From: Scenedesmus sp. PABB004
Lineage: Eukaryota
Direction: 5' to 3'
Assembly: GCA_014905635.1 (NCBI GenBank)
Contig: JABVCE010000017.1
Coordinates: forward strand, 310,001 to 374,000
Length of the DNA: 64,000 bases
A program made the translations under genes and the position numbers. Positions 52,701 to 64,000 of the stretch are shown piece after piece. Every line of letters begins with the position of its first letter. The first letter of the stretch is position 1. The notes beneath the pieces are model-generated. The model had not been told where the DNA came from. It saw nothing but the letters and a program-made list of their open reading frames with translations, and ran no database searches.

Positions 52701-54806
52701 ACCAGCGCCGCCTCGCACCAGCGCCACATGCCCAGCGCGGCGCAGCAGTAGAGCCCGCTGATCGCCAGGCCGCGCTGCAGCACCACGCCGACGAGGCCGT
52801 AGCGCCGCGCGCCAAAGGCCTGCCCGCAGAACGTCTCCATCGCCGTGACAAATCCCAGCATGCTGCGTTGGTTGGTTGGTCCCCGGCGGCCGGGCGGGCG
52901 GGCGGGCGAGAGGGCGGGCGGTTGGGTAAGGGAGGGGGGCGGGTGCAACGACAAAAGCTTCACATAACAACAAAGTTGTGACACAAAGCAGTGAATAACG
53001 TGAAAAATGACACAAACGACGAGGCAGTGCGTGCAACTCACGGCGCGTTGCCGGTGACGTTGTAGACCGTCTGCGCGAGCACGAGCGCCGAGAGCTCCGC
53101 CGCGCCGAGGTGGCCGACGTAGCTGGTGATGATGAGCTCCTGGGCGGCGGCGTCACGACAGGGTACAGGGTTTTAAGTTTAGGAGTGGTTTTTGGGTTCA
53201 TCGGGCGGCGCCCGGGCGCGGCGCGCGGGGTCGAGGGTGGGCCGGCGGCGCGGGGTTGAGCGGGCCGGCGGCGCGGGCGCGGGCGCGGGCGGCAGCGCGC
53301 GAGGGGCGGCGGCGGGCGGGCCTGCCGGCCGCGCGCCGGGTGGCGTGTGCGCCGCCGCGCACCTTTGTGAAGGTCAGCACCTCCATCCAGCTCAGCGGCC
53401 ACGCGAGCAGCCACAGCCTGCGCGCGGCGCGCGGCGACGGCGCGCGGTGTGGGCCGCCCGCGGCCCACGCGCCGCGCACGGCCGCCCCGCGCGCCCTTCT
53501 CTCTGCCTCCCTCTCTCGCTCCCTCCCCCTCCCTCCCTCTCTTCCTCACCCCCTCGCCCCCTGTCCCTCCTAGGGGCCTCCCGCTCACCGCTTGCACATC
53601 GCCACCATGTCGAACAGCGTGCTGTTGGCGCCCTTGCGCAGGCCGCCATACTTGGGCAGCGGCGGCCCACCGCCGCCGCCGCCGCCGAGGCTGCCGAGGC
53701 CGCCGCTGCTGCCCGCGATATTGAAGCGCAGCGTGCTGCCGCCGCTGCCGGGCCCATCGCCGCCGGCCGCGCCGCCGCCGCCGCCGGCGCCGCCGGCGCC
53801 GCCGCCATCCATGCCCAGCAGCAGCGGGTGCACGCCCTTGTGGTGGTGCTGCTGCTGCAGCTGGTGCTGCTGGTGGTGCTGCAGCAGCGCGCCCGCGCGG
53901 CCGCCGTAGGGCGGCGCGGCGGCGCCGCCGCCGCCGCGCGGCGACGCGCTGCCGCCGCTGCCGCTGCCGCTGCCGCTGAAGCTGTCGCTGCCGCTGCTGC
54001 CGGCGCCGCCGCCGTCGCTGCTGGTGCTGGCGCCGCCGCCGCCGCCGCCGCCGCTGGCGACGCTGCTGCTGTCGCTGCTGCTGCTGGCGACCAGCACCGC
54101 GGAGGTGGGCTGAAAGCGCAGCTGCGCGTGCGTGCTTGCGCTGGTGCTGGTGCTGTAGGCGCTTATCGGCACCGGCGGCGCGGCCTCGGGCGAGCCGGCG
54201 CCGCCGCCGCCGCCGCCGCCGGGCCGCAGGCGCTTGCCGCGCTTGGAGAGGTCGGCCCTGCGCGCGGCGCGGGGCGGAGCGGCGGCGCTGGGACGAGGCG
54301 CGGGCGCGGCGCGGGCGCAGGCTGGGCCCACGGCTGCGGCTGGCGCATCAGCCGGCCCTGCGCAGGGGGATGGGCCGCCGCCTGCCGCTGCGGCACCGCC
54401 GACAGCGAGCTGCCAGCCCGCGCGCCGGGCGCAGCAGCAGCGGCGCCGCCGACTGCCGCGCCGCGCCGCGCCGGGCTGCGGCGCTGCGCATGGCATGGAG
54501 GGCGGCGCCCCTGGCCTGCTGCCACGCTCGCCGGCGCCGCTGCTGGGCGGCCTCCAACGCCCTGGGCAGGGCGGGAGCTCGCCTGCTGCAGCGCTGCTGC
54601 TGCTGGCGCGCGCCTGGGCGGCCTGCCGGCGGTCTGGCGTGCCCACGACCCTGCAACAGACGCCCACGACCGCGTGCAGCTGGCTGCGGGCCGGCTGGCG
54701 TCCCTGCGCGGCGCGTGGAGCCCATCAATCGCCCGCACCCGAGCGCCTCTGTGCGTGCGGAGTTGTCTGACTTGCCGTAGCCGGCGTACGCGAGCAGAGC
54801 TTCCAT
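48665..54806 (-). CDS. MATE (DTX) family efflux transporter, many exons; long low-complexity N-terminus, start uncertain
   Basis: Exons give RLWLLAWP, VGHLGAAELSA, TAMETFCGQAFGA, RRYLSAQ|AVVQPL, LDWWTFEVIVMLSGLLP, AASTRVGNDLGGG, VLAGVMRGCGRQKIGASINL and LGLWTGL. Confidence 0.9.
49383..49467. repeat. Intronic (GT)n microsatellite, compound with (GC)
   Basis: Visible gt run in a MATE intron. Confidence 0.9.
49722..49797. repeat. Intronic (GCT)n/(GCTGGC)n repeat
   Basis: Visible in the same MATE intron. Confidence 0.8.
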
Positions 54807-55155
54807 CCACCCCCGGCCAGCACTGCCGGCGGCCGTCGACGGCGTTGCTGGCCGAGACCGCGTTGCTGCGTTAGCGTCCTGCGCCCTGCTGCTCAGCGAG
54901 CCGCCACGCGCGCCGAGCCGGGCTGGGAGAGCAATTTCCCGCGTCCCATGCGCTCGCCAGCAGCCTCAGGTCGCGGGCAGCGACGAGAGGCGCGTGCGAA
55001 TCCCCGGGCGGCCTGCGGGCCGGCTGCCGGCGCGCTGGCGTGCGCGTGAGGCTGAAATGAGTGCGGGGACGCCGTGCCAGGGCGGCGGGGGCTCGGCGGC
55101 GCGGGCGGCCTGGTCTTTGCGCGCGCGGCGGCAGCGCGTCGCCTCCCGAGCTGCC

Positions 55156-55804
55156 TGCCGGTCGTGGGGCTGGCCTCCACCTGCGGGCGGGGCGGGGGCG
55201 GCCTCGCTGACCATTCGTGGACTGCGCGCCCGCCCCCGCGCGCCGCGGCCTCACCGGCAGCACCGGCAGGAAGACGGGGCTCTCCAGCTGCATGCCGCCC
55301 GCCCCGCCCTGCGCCAGGTGGGCCGCCGCGAGCTGCAGGCCCGCCGAGCCCGAGCCGCTGCTCCGATCGGCCATGGCGGGGCGCGGGCGTGCGGGACGCC
55401 CGGCGCGGCGGCTGTGGGCGCGGCGCGGGCGCGGATCGGGGCGGGCCGCGCCGGCGGTCAGCGCGCGGTCGCGGGCGATGGCGTGCGGTCTTGGGGCTTT
55501 GCCGCCCGCCCACAGCCCGCCGCGGCGCGCGCCGCCCACCGCCCTGCCGCCGGCGGGCCGGGCGGCGGCGGCTGCGCGCGGGGGGCGGCGGCGCACGGCA
55601 GCGCACGCGCGCGCTGCTCGCGCCTGCGCGCCCGCGCGCCGCGCAGCCCGCGGCGCGCGGCCAGCCCGCCGGCCCAGCAGCAGGTGCCACCACTCAAGCG
55701 CGCGTGCGTCAGCTCAGGGGCTCGTTCCAGCGTGCGGCGGCGGCTGCGCCTGCAGCTCGCGCGCGAGCGCACCGAGCCGCGCCGCCCAGCCCAGCTGGGC
55801 CCCA
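55156..55804 (-). repeat. Inverted duplicate (~640 bp) of 57246-57877: tsaE 3' end, WRKY promoter, WRKY exon 1, intron 1 and start of exon 2
   Basis: The reverse complement matches the + copy nearly base for base. It encodes [48 protein letters not shown]. Confidence 0.92.
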
Positions 55805-56236
55805 CCACTCCGCCGCGCCCTTACAGCTGGCAGGCACTGAGCCGCGCGGCTGGCAGGCGCTGAGCGGCAGAGGCCGCGCTCGCCGTCCGCACCGCCGGCC
55901 GGCCGCCGCATCGGCGGCGCAGCGGCCAGGGCGCAGCGGCCAGGGCGCAGCGGCCAGGGCGCAGAGTTCAGGCGCAGCCGCGCGCAGCGGCGGCCCGCCT
56001 CCACCCAGCGCGTGGGCCCGTGAATGCTTCCTCCGCTCCCGGTTGCGAGCCGTTGAAGGCACTGCTGGCAGCGGACGCGGGCGCCGCCGCCGCCGTCGGG
56101 CGTGCGCCAACCAGCAGACCCCTCCCAGAAGTGAAGCGCTGCTGTGGTACCGCCCCGAGCCGGCGCCAGGGACGGCCCGGCGCTGCGGCGCTCCGGCAGC
56201 AGCGCCGGCAGCAGCGCCGGCAGCGGCCGCAGCGCC

Positions 56237-57328
56237 ATGCAGGCGCTGCAGGGCGCGGCCCGCGCCGGCGCGCTGCGCCGCGCGCTGGTGCTCAGGAGCG
56301 GGCGCAGCGCCGGCGGCGCCGCGCCGCGGCGAGCGCACCAGGCGCCGGTGAGCGGCGCGGGCGGCGCAGCGGCGCCCGCCGCGACCGCGGTCTACCTCGC
56401 CCCCAGCGAGGCCCACGTCGCGCACCTTGCGGCGCTGCTGGCGCGGGACCGACGGCCGGGCGACTGTTACTGCCTGCTCGGCGTGGTCGGCGCTGGCAAG
56501 TCGGTCTTCAGGTGCGCGCGGCGCCGGCCGGGGCCGCGGCGCGCTGCCTGCTGCAGTGCAGCAGCGTCGGCGGCGGGCGCGCCCTCCCCACACACAGCGC
56601 CCCACTTGCTGCCGCCGCCCGGCGCCCAGCCGTGCGTTTGTGCGCGCCGCCGCGGGCGACCCGGCGCTGCCGGTGCCGTCGCCGACCTACCTGCTGGAGC
56701 TGGTCTACGACGAGCAGGACGGTGCGCCGCGGCCGCGGCTGGCCTTGCAGGACGGCGCGCCACGGCTGCGCGCGCGCCCGCGGCCGACGCAGCGCCGCCG
56801 CCGCGCCGGCGCGCAGGGCCGCCCATCCACCACTACGACTTGTACCGCCTCGACCCGGGCGCCGACCTCTCGCGCCTGGGCCTCGCCGCGGCGCTGCCGC
56901 GCGCCGTATCGCTGGTCGAGTGGGCGGAGCGGCTGCCGCCCGGCGCCGCACCGGGCGAGCGGCTCGAGGTCGCCCTCGCGATCGGCGGCGGCGACGGCGT
57001 GCCGCTCGGGCCGCAGGGGGAGCAGCGGCAGCAGCAGGAGCAGCAGCAGCAACGTTGGGGCGACGCCGGCGCAGGCGCGCTCGTGCTGCCGACGCCGGAG
57101 CTGCCGGCGGCCGGCGGCGACGCGGCGCGCTGGCCCGGCGACGAGTGGGTCGAAGAAGAGGAGGAGGGCGAGGCCGCCGGCGGCGGGCAGGAGGCGGAGG
57201 ACCCCTACACCGACCGGCGCTGCCGGCGCGTCACGCTGCGCGCGATGGGGCCCGGCTGGGCGGCGCGGCTCGGTGCGCTCGCGCGCGAGCTGCGGGCGCA
57301 GCCGCCGCCCGCTGGAACGAGCCCCTGA
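56237..57328 (+). CDS. tsaE: TsaE/YjeE-type tRNA t6A biosynthesis P-loop ATPase with a probable organellar transit peptide; 3 exons
   Basis: LLGVVGAGKSVF|SRAF, VPSPTYLL..Y, IHHYDLYRL and LVEWAERL. The N-terminus is R/A/S-rich with no acidic residues. Confidence 0.9.
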   Translation: MQALQGAARAGALRRALVLRSGRSAGGAAPRRAHQAPVSGAGGAAAPAATAVYLAPSEAHVAHLAALLARDRRPGDCYCLLGVVGAGKSVFRCARRRPGPRRAACCSAAASAAGAPSPHTAPHLLPPPGAQPCVCARRRGRPGAAGAVADLPAGAGLRRAGRCAAAAAGLAGRRATAARAPAADAAPPPRRRAGPPIHHYDLYRLDPGADLSRLGLAAALPRAVSLVEWAERLPPGAAPGERLEVALAIGGGDGVPLGPQGEQRQQQEQQQQRWGDAGAGALVLPTPELPAAGGDAARWPGDEWVEEEEEGEAAGGGQEAEDPYTDRRCRRVTLRAMGPGWAARLGALARELRAQPPPAGTSP

Positions 57329-57667
57329 ACTGAAGCACGCGCGCTTGAGTGGTGGCACCTGCTGCTGGGCCGGCGGGCTGGCCGCGCGCCGCGGGCTGCA
57401 CGGCGCGCGGGCGCGCAGGCGCGAGCAGCGCGCGCGTGCGCTGCCGTGCGCCGCCGCCCCCCGCGCGCAGCCGCCGCCGCCCGGGCCCGCCGGCGGCAGG
57501 GCGGTGGGCGGCGCGCGCCGCGGCGGGCTGTGGGCGGGCGGCAAAGCCCCAAGACCGCACGCCATCGCCCGCGACCGCGCGCTGACCGCCGGCGCGGCCC
57601 GCCCCGATCCGCGCCCGCGCCGCGCCCACAGCCGCCGCGCCGGGCGTCCCGCACGCCCGCGCCCGCC

Positions 57668-58933
57668 ATGGCCGATCGGAGCAGCGGCTCGGGCCTGCAG
57701 CTCGCGGCGGCCCACCTGGCGCAGGGCGGGGCGGGCGGCATGCAGCTGGAGAGCCCCGTCTTCCTGCCGGTGCTGCCGGTGAGGCCGCGGCGCGCGGGGG
57801 CGGGCGCGCAGTCCACGAATGGTCAGCGAGGCCGCCCGCGCCCCGCCCGCAGGTGGAGGCCAGCCCCACGACCGGCAACTTCAGCGCCGCCAGCCTCGTG
57901 CCGCCGCTGTTTCAGATGGCCGGCGCGGCCGGGGGCGACCCGGGCCTGCCGGGCGTGCATGGCCTCCCCGCCAGCGCCAGCCCGGTGCGTGGGCGGCGCG
58001 CGCGGGGGCTCGGGCGGACCGGCTGCCGCCATGCTGGCCGCAGCCGCGGCCCGGGGCGGCGGGGGGCCCGGCGCACCAATGGCTCGCGCCATGCGGCCCT
58101 CGGCCCTCCCGGCGCGCACGGGGCGGCCCCCCGGCCGGAGCCCGGTCGCGCGGTGGCAGTGACTCACGGACCGCCTCCTGGGCGCGTCCGTGGCGGCCGG
58201 GGGCGGCCTCGGGGGCACCAGTCCCCGGGTTGACCCTCGCGGCCCGCCCCCGCGCCGCGCCTGCCGCCCCGATCGGCGCCTGCGCCCGCTCACGAGGCGC
58301 GCCCCGCCCCGTCCCGCCTAACGCCCGCCCGCGAGCTCAGGCCGGCGGCAAACCGGGCAAGCCGGGCAGCGCGAACGACGACGGCTGGGCCTGGCGCAAG
58401 TGCGCGGCCGGGCGGGGCGCGGCGGGGGCGGGGGCGCGCGGGCGGCGGTCCTGCCCGCCCCGGGGCGCGGCGGACGCACGAGCGGGGCGGCGCGCGGCGC
58501 GCGGCGGGCCGCGCCGCGCGCCGCGTCCGCCGCCGCCGCTGCTGGTCAAGCCCGCGCGCGCGCGCCGCACCCCGCGCCGCTGCTGCAGGTACGGCGAGAA
58601 GATCGTCAAGGGCAGCCCCTTCCCGCGCAGCTACTACAAGTGCAGCAGCACGGGCTGCCCCGCGAAGAAGATCGTCGAGCGCGACAACCTCTCCGCCGTC
58701 AGCGCCGTCACAGAGTACAAGGCGCGGCCGCGGGCGCGGCGGGCGCGGCGGGCGAGGGGGAGCGCGGGTGTGGGCGCGGCGGGCGGCACGCCAGCGGCGC
58801 GCAGGGCGGCGCGCGCGCGCGCGCGTGCGTGCGGGAGCGCCGCCGCCGCCCACGCGGCGCCCGCCGCCGGGGCGGCCGCGGCCGTGGCGCGCAGGGCGAG
58901 CACAACCACGCCATGCCCAGCCAGTGGCGCGGC

Positions 58934-58964
<31 letters not shown>

Positions 58965-60751
58965 GCGGCGGCGGCCGCCAGATGCGGCCGCCGCGGCCGC
59001 CGCGCATGGACGCGGCGCAGCAGCAGATGTGGGCGAGCACCGCATACGCGGTGCGTGCGCGCGGCGGCCCGCGTGCGCGACACAGCGAGCTTGCCTGCCT
59101 GCAGCCCGCGCCCGCGCGCGGCTGCGCCGCGTGCGCGGCCCGCGCGCGCGGCCCGCGCGCGCGCGCCCACACCCCCGCGCCCGCCGCCGCCGCCGCCGCG
59201 CAGGACGCGCAGCAGCAGCACATGTTTGGTGCGATGATGGCAGCCGGCATGGGCAGCCTCGGCGCCGTGGGCGGCGGGCTGGCGCCAGAGCAGCTGCAGG
59301 CGCGGCGCCGCGCGCGGCCGCCCCCGCCCGCGCCGCCGCCGCTGCCTCCGGCACGGCGCCGCGCGGGCGCGCCGGCTGCGCCAGGCGGCGACGGCGCGGC
59401 CCGCCCGGCCGCCGGCGCCAACGCTCGCCGCCTCGCACCCCCCCCCCTCGTCGGCCGCGCGCACACACACAGATGCACGGCTTCCCTCCTGGGCTGCACG
59501 GCTTCCCCATGCTGGCCGACCAGGACGACCAGGACGGCGGCGAGGCGATCAAGGCCGAGCCCGAGGCGGAGCCCGAGGCGGAGCCCGAGGCGGAGCCCGA
59601 GGCGGAGCCCGAGGCGGAGCCCGAGGCGGAGCCCGAGGCGGCGCCCGAGGCGGAGCCCGAGGCGGCGCCCGCGGCGGAGCCCGAGGCGGAGCCCGAGGCG
59701 GCGCCCGCGGCGGGCGCCGGCGAGCGCGGCGAGGCCGACGCCGAGAGTGAGCGCGCGCGGCGGCTGCACGCGCTGCTGCGTCCCGCGTGGCGCGGCGGCC
59801 AGCCGCTCACCCGCTCACCCCCTCCCCCCCTGCAGGCCCGGCGGCGGCGCAGGACCAGCAGCACAGCGGGCCCAAGCCGGCGGCATCCAAGCTGCAGCTG
59901 CAGCAGGAGGAGCAGGGGCAGCTCGACGCGCAGGCGGCGTGCGACGTCGTGGACCAGCCGCCGCAGCCGGACGGCACGACGCCGCAGCCCAACGGCGGCG
60001 CGACGCCGCAGCCCGACGGCGGCGCGACGCCGGAGCACAAGCGCAGCAGCTGCGGCGACGGCAACCTCCACGCGCTGGCAGACCTCGCGCTCGTGGCAGA
60101 CCTGGCGCAGGCGGAGCTGGACGGCGACGCGCCGCGTGGAGCGAGCGCGCCCGGCGGCCGCAGCGGCAGCCCCTGCGGCGACGCGGCGGCAGCGAGCCCC
60201 TGCGGCGGCGGCGGCGGCGGCGGCGGCGCGAGCGGGAGCGGCGGCGCGGCGGGCATGCAGGGCCTGGACGGCCCCGGCGCCACGCCCGCGACGCCGGCCA
60301 GCGCGGCGCGCGGCGACGCCGAGCCGTCTGGCGCAAGCGCCGCGCCAGGCAGCGACGGCGCCGGCGGCGCGCCGCGGTCCGCCTCGCGCGCCGGCCGCCC
60401 CGACTCGGCGCTTGGCGGCGGCGCCGCGAGCCGCCCGGCCAGCCGCGCCGGCGCGAGCGCCGGCGAGGGCGGCGGCGGCGGCGGCAGCGGGCGCAAGCGC
60501 GCGCGCGGCGCGGCGCTGAGCCCCATCGCGACGGGCGGGCTGTCGGCGATGATGCACCCCGGCTTTGCCGCGGCGGTGAGCCCGCTGGTCATGGCCATCA
60601 TGCAGGGCGTCGTGCACGGCGTGGCGCACGGCATCAGCGGCGGCGGCGGCGGCGTGCCGCCGTTCGACCCGCGCGGCGCGTTTGGCGGCGGCGGCGGCGG
60701 CGGCGGCGGCGCGCCGTCGCCCGTGTCGGCCGGCAAGGCGGCGGTGAAGCA

Positions 60752-60798
<47 letters not shown>

Positions 60799-63671
60799 TG
60801 CAGGAGCAGCTGCAGGCGAGCGGCGATGGCAACGGGCCCGGCAGCCCCGCCAGCCAGGGCGGGGCGGCGGCCAGCGCGTCGCCGCGCAAGGCGCCCCCCG
60901 CCGCCGAGGGCTCGCCCGCCGCCGGCGGCGAGGCGGCGGGCGAGGCCGCGCCAGGCAGCCCCTGCTCGGCGGCCAGCGGCGGCGACGGCGCGGGGCCCGC
61001 CGGCGACGCGGGCGCCGACGCCGGCGGCGCGGGCGCCGGCGCCGGCGACGCGCTCGACGCGGGCGGCCTGCTCGACTCTGCCGCGGCGATGCAGTTTGTG
61101 AACAACATGATGGTGGCCATGGCTCCGATGAACATGATGGCGCAGCAGATGCTGGCGCTGAGCGGCGGCGGCGACGGCGGCGCGTCGGGCGGCGGCGGCG
61201 GCGGCGGCTTTGCGGGCCTGCCGCCCGGCCTCGCCGGCCTGCCGGGGCTGGGCGGCCTGGCCGGCTACGAGCCCGGCGACGACGACGATGACGGCGGCGG
61301 GCCGATGCCGGGCGAGGGCGCGCCGGACGGCGGGCAGCTCACGCGGCTGGTGCCCCTCAATGGCAACGACGACGCGTACAAGTGGCGCAAGTGAGCGCGG
61401 CGCGCTCGCTTGCTGATGGCGGTTTGGTTTGGGCCGCCGCCCGCGCGGGCGGCGGGGGCCGCGGCCGCGGATTTTTGGGCGGCGGGGGGCCCGCGCCGCG
61501 CCGCGCAGCACGACGATGCCCAGCTCGCACGTCCAGCCACGCGACTTGACGTGGCGTGACGCTCAAGCTGGGCATCGCCGTGCTGCGCGGGGCGCCGACG
61601 GTCGTCGTGCTGCGCGGGGCGCCGAGCCCGGCGGCGCCCGCCCGCTCACGCCACGCGCCGCGCGCCGCGCCGCGCCAGGTACGGGCAGAAGCAGGTCAAG
61701 GGCAACCCCAACCCGCGCAGCTACTACAAGTGCACCTCGCTCAACTGCCCCGTGCGCAAGCACGTCGAGCGCAGCGCCGACGACGACAGCAGGGTGCGCG
61801 GCCGGGCCGGGGGCGGCCCGCACGCCCCGCACGGCGCGGCGCGGCGCCGAGCTGCCGCGCGCGCCGCGGCGCCGGGCGCCCGCCCATGCCGCCGCCCCGC
61901 GCCCGCCCGCGCCCGCCGCGCGCAGCTGCTGGTGACGTACGAGGGGCGCCACAACCACGCGCCCCCCGCGGCGAGCACGCAGCGCGGCCGGCGCGCCAGC
62001 GGCGGTGCGCGCCGCGCCGCGCCGCGCGCCGCTCTGCGCCGCCCTGCCCCGGGGGCGGACGGGCAGCCCCCGCCAGCGAATTCCTTTCACATGCTCCCGC
62101 CCCCGCCCCCGCCCCGCCCCCGCCCCCGCCCGCGCCTCTCTCGCCCCGCAGCGCGCAAGGGCGCTGCGTACCGCGGCGGCTCGGCCGGCAGTCGCGCCGC
62201 GGCGCCGCCGCTGCTCGACCCGTACGACGCCGCGACCGCGGCCGCGCTCGGCGTCGAGCCGCACGGCGGCGCCAGCGCCGGCGGCGGCGGCGAGGGCGGC
62301 GCGTGCGAGGCCTACATGTTTGCGGCGCACATGGCCGCGGCGTCGTACGGCGGGCACGTCGCCGGCTACGCGCCGCACCCGTCGGGCCTGCCCGGCGGCC
62401 CGAGCGCGGCCGCCGCGGCCGCCGCGGCCGCCGCGGCCGCGGCCGTCGCCGCGATGGGCGCCGGCGGCGGCGGCGGCGCCGGCGCGGGCGCCGCCGGCAG
62501 CCTCGCCAGCGGGCAGCAGCTGATGCCGGGCGTGCACCGCCTCGCGTCGCCGCTGGACGACGCCGAGGCCGGCCCCGCGCCCAAGGTGCGCCGCGCGCCG
62601 CGGCCGCCCGCCCTGCGGCGCGCCGCACGCCGCCCCGCGCGCCGCCGCCTCGTGCGGGCGCGCGCGCGCTCCTTTCTCACCCGCCCGCCCCTCCGCCCCC
62701 CTCTCGTCCCGTCTCCTCGCCCAGCGCCAGCGCGCCTTGCTGGACGGCGGCGGCGGCGCGCCCGGCGGCGCGGGGGCGCCGCTGGTCAACCCCAACGAAG
62801 CGCTGCAGGAGGTGCTCAAGGGCGCCTCGGGCGCCGCCGGGGGCGGCGCGCCGCCGCCCGACGCCGGCGCCGTCGCGGCGGCGCTCGCGGCGGCCGCGGC
62901 GGCGTGCGGCGGCGACGCCGACATGGCCGACGCGGAGCCGGCCGCCGGCGGCGCGGCGCCGGGCGCCGGGGCCGCGCCGCCCGCCGCGTCGCCCGCGCGG
63001 GGGCAGCCGCGGTCGCCCGCCGGCGCGGACGCCGCGGCGCAGCAGCCGGGGCAGGTCGAGGCCGAGGGCGGCGGCGGCGCCCCGCCGCCGGCGCCGGCGC
63101 AGGCGCAGCAGCCGCAGCAGCAGCCGGCGCCGGCGCGGCAGCAGGGCGGCGGCGGCCCCGCGCCGCCGCCGCAGCAGCCAATGTACACCAGCTGGCCGCC
63201 GCCGCAGCCCGCCGCGGCGCACCCCACCGTCGTGCCGCCCGCATACGGCGAGCCAGGTGCGTGGGCGCGTCGCGCCGCGACAGCCCCGCGCGCGCGCGCG
63301 CGCGCGCGCGCGTGCGCACGCCAGCCAACGCGCGCCGCGCAGCTGGCTTGGCCCCGGCTTCCCCCGCCGACGGCCGCTCACGCGCGCCGCCCGCCCGCGC
63401 CGGCGCCGCAGGCGTGCCGAGCTGGGACCCCATGCTGCTCATTAACACCCCGCGGCCCACGCCCGGCGCGGCGGGCGCCGCCGCGCAGCGCGGCGCCGCG
63501 TTTGGGCTGCCGGACGCGCAGCAGCACCTGGCGCCGCCGGCGGGGCCGGCGGCGTACTTCCCAGGCGCTGTCGTCGGCTTCCCCCCGGGCGCGGGGCTGG
63601 CGGCGGGGTGCGATGCGGTCGTGCCGCCGCCGCCGGCGCCGGCCGCGCCGCGCGTCCCCGGCGGCGCGTGA
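57668..63671 (+). CDS. Group I (two-domain) WRKY transcription factor, many exons
   Basis: Domain 1: [31 protein letters not shown]..|GEHNH. Domain 2: [31 protein letters not shown]..|[12 protein letters not shown]-terminal LESPVFL and SPTTG motifs are typical of group I. Confidence 0.92.
59554..59706 (+). repeat. Coding 12-bp minisatellite (GAGCCCGAGGCG)n encoding (EPEA)n in the WRKY linker
   Basis: About 12 units are visible. Confidence 0.9.
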
Positions 63672-64000
63672 GCTCGTGGCCTGGCGCGCGGCTGGCGGGG
63701 CTTTGCAGGAGGCGCGCGCGCGTATGTGTACAGAAGCGGTGGCCGCGACGTGGGGGGCCAGGGGTGCGCGTGTGTGCATGGTCTGACGGGGCGGGCGGCG
63801 GATGCGCGGCGGCGCGCGCGGGGCGGGTCGGGCGGCCATCGCGCGGCGCGAGGCGCGAGGCGGCAGCGGGCGCACGGGCGTGCACACATCATCACCACCC
63901 TCACGCACAGACCCAGTTGCAACTCGAGGCGTTGCCGCGTGCGGTCGAGCGGTTCGGTCGAGCGGTTCGGCGTCGCCCCGCCGCCGCTGCTGCCCCCGTG

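Noticed and set aside
56237..57328. Bacterial contamination explaining tsaE or the isochorismatase
   Set aside because: Both have spliceosomal introns and host-like composition, and are embedded among algal genes.
55156..57877. Composite transposon or MITE carrying tsaE
   Set aside because: The arms are host gene and promoter sequence, with no transposase and no evident TSD. Treated as an inverted duplication.
59554..59706. Regular repeat array as a possible CRISPR
   Set aside because: Head-to-tail 12-mers without spacers, in frame within an exon; no cas genes.

Overview
Eukaryotic nuclear DNA, extremely GC-rich, with many short spliceosomal introns and TTTAGGG-like motifs. It is most consistent with a chlorophycean green alga (Selenastraceae-like, e.g. 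Raphidocelis/Monoraphidium; this is inference). Most long ORFs in the supplied track are GC-driven artefacts. Reading exons by hand gives 13 intron-containing genes: a Pro/Ala-rich single-pass membrane protein (5' end outside the window), SAM50/Omp85, a PP2C phosphatase, an LHT/AAAP amino-acid transporter, an isochorismatase-family hydrolase spliced to AT-hook and TTF-type zinc-finger exons, a GT34-like glycosyltransferase, an RR-TZF CCCH protein, cyclophilin H, a secreted LPPL-repeat protein, a giant ankyrin/U-box protein, a MATE transporter, a bacterial-type TsaE and a two-domain WRKY factor. Highlights: (1) the apparent hydrolase-DNA-binding fusion; (2) telomere-like motifs polarised within introns, two of which form perfect 14-bp inverted repeats; (3) two promoter plus first-exon duplications, one tandem and one inverted around tsaE; (4) frequent GC-AG introns. 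Several apparent frameshifts in GC runs may be sequencing errors. No rRNA, tRNA, CRISPR or transposase was recognised.
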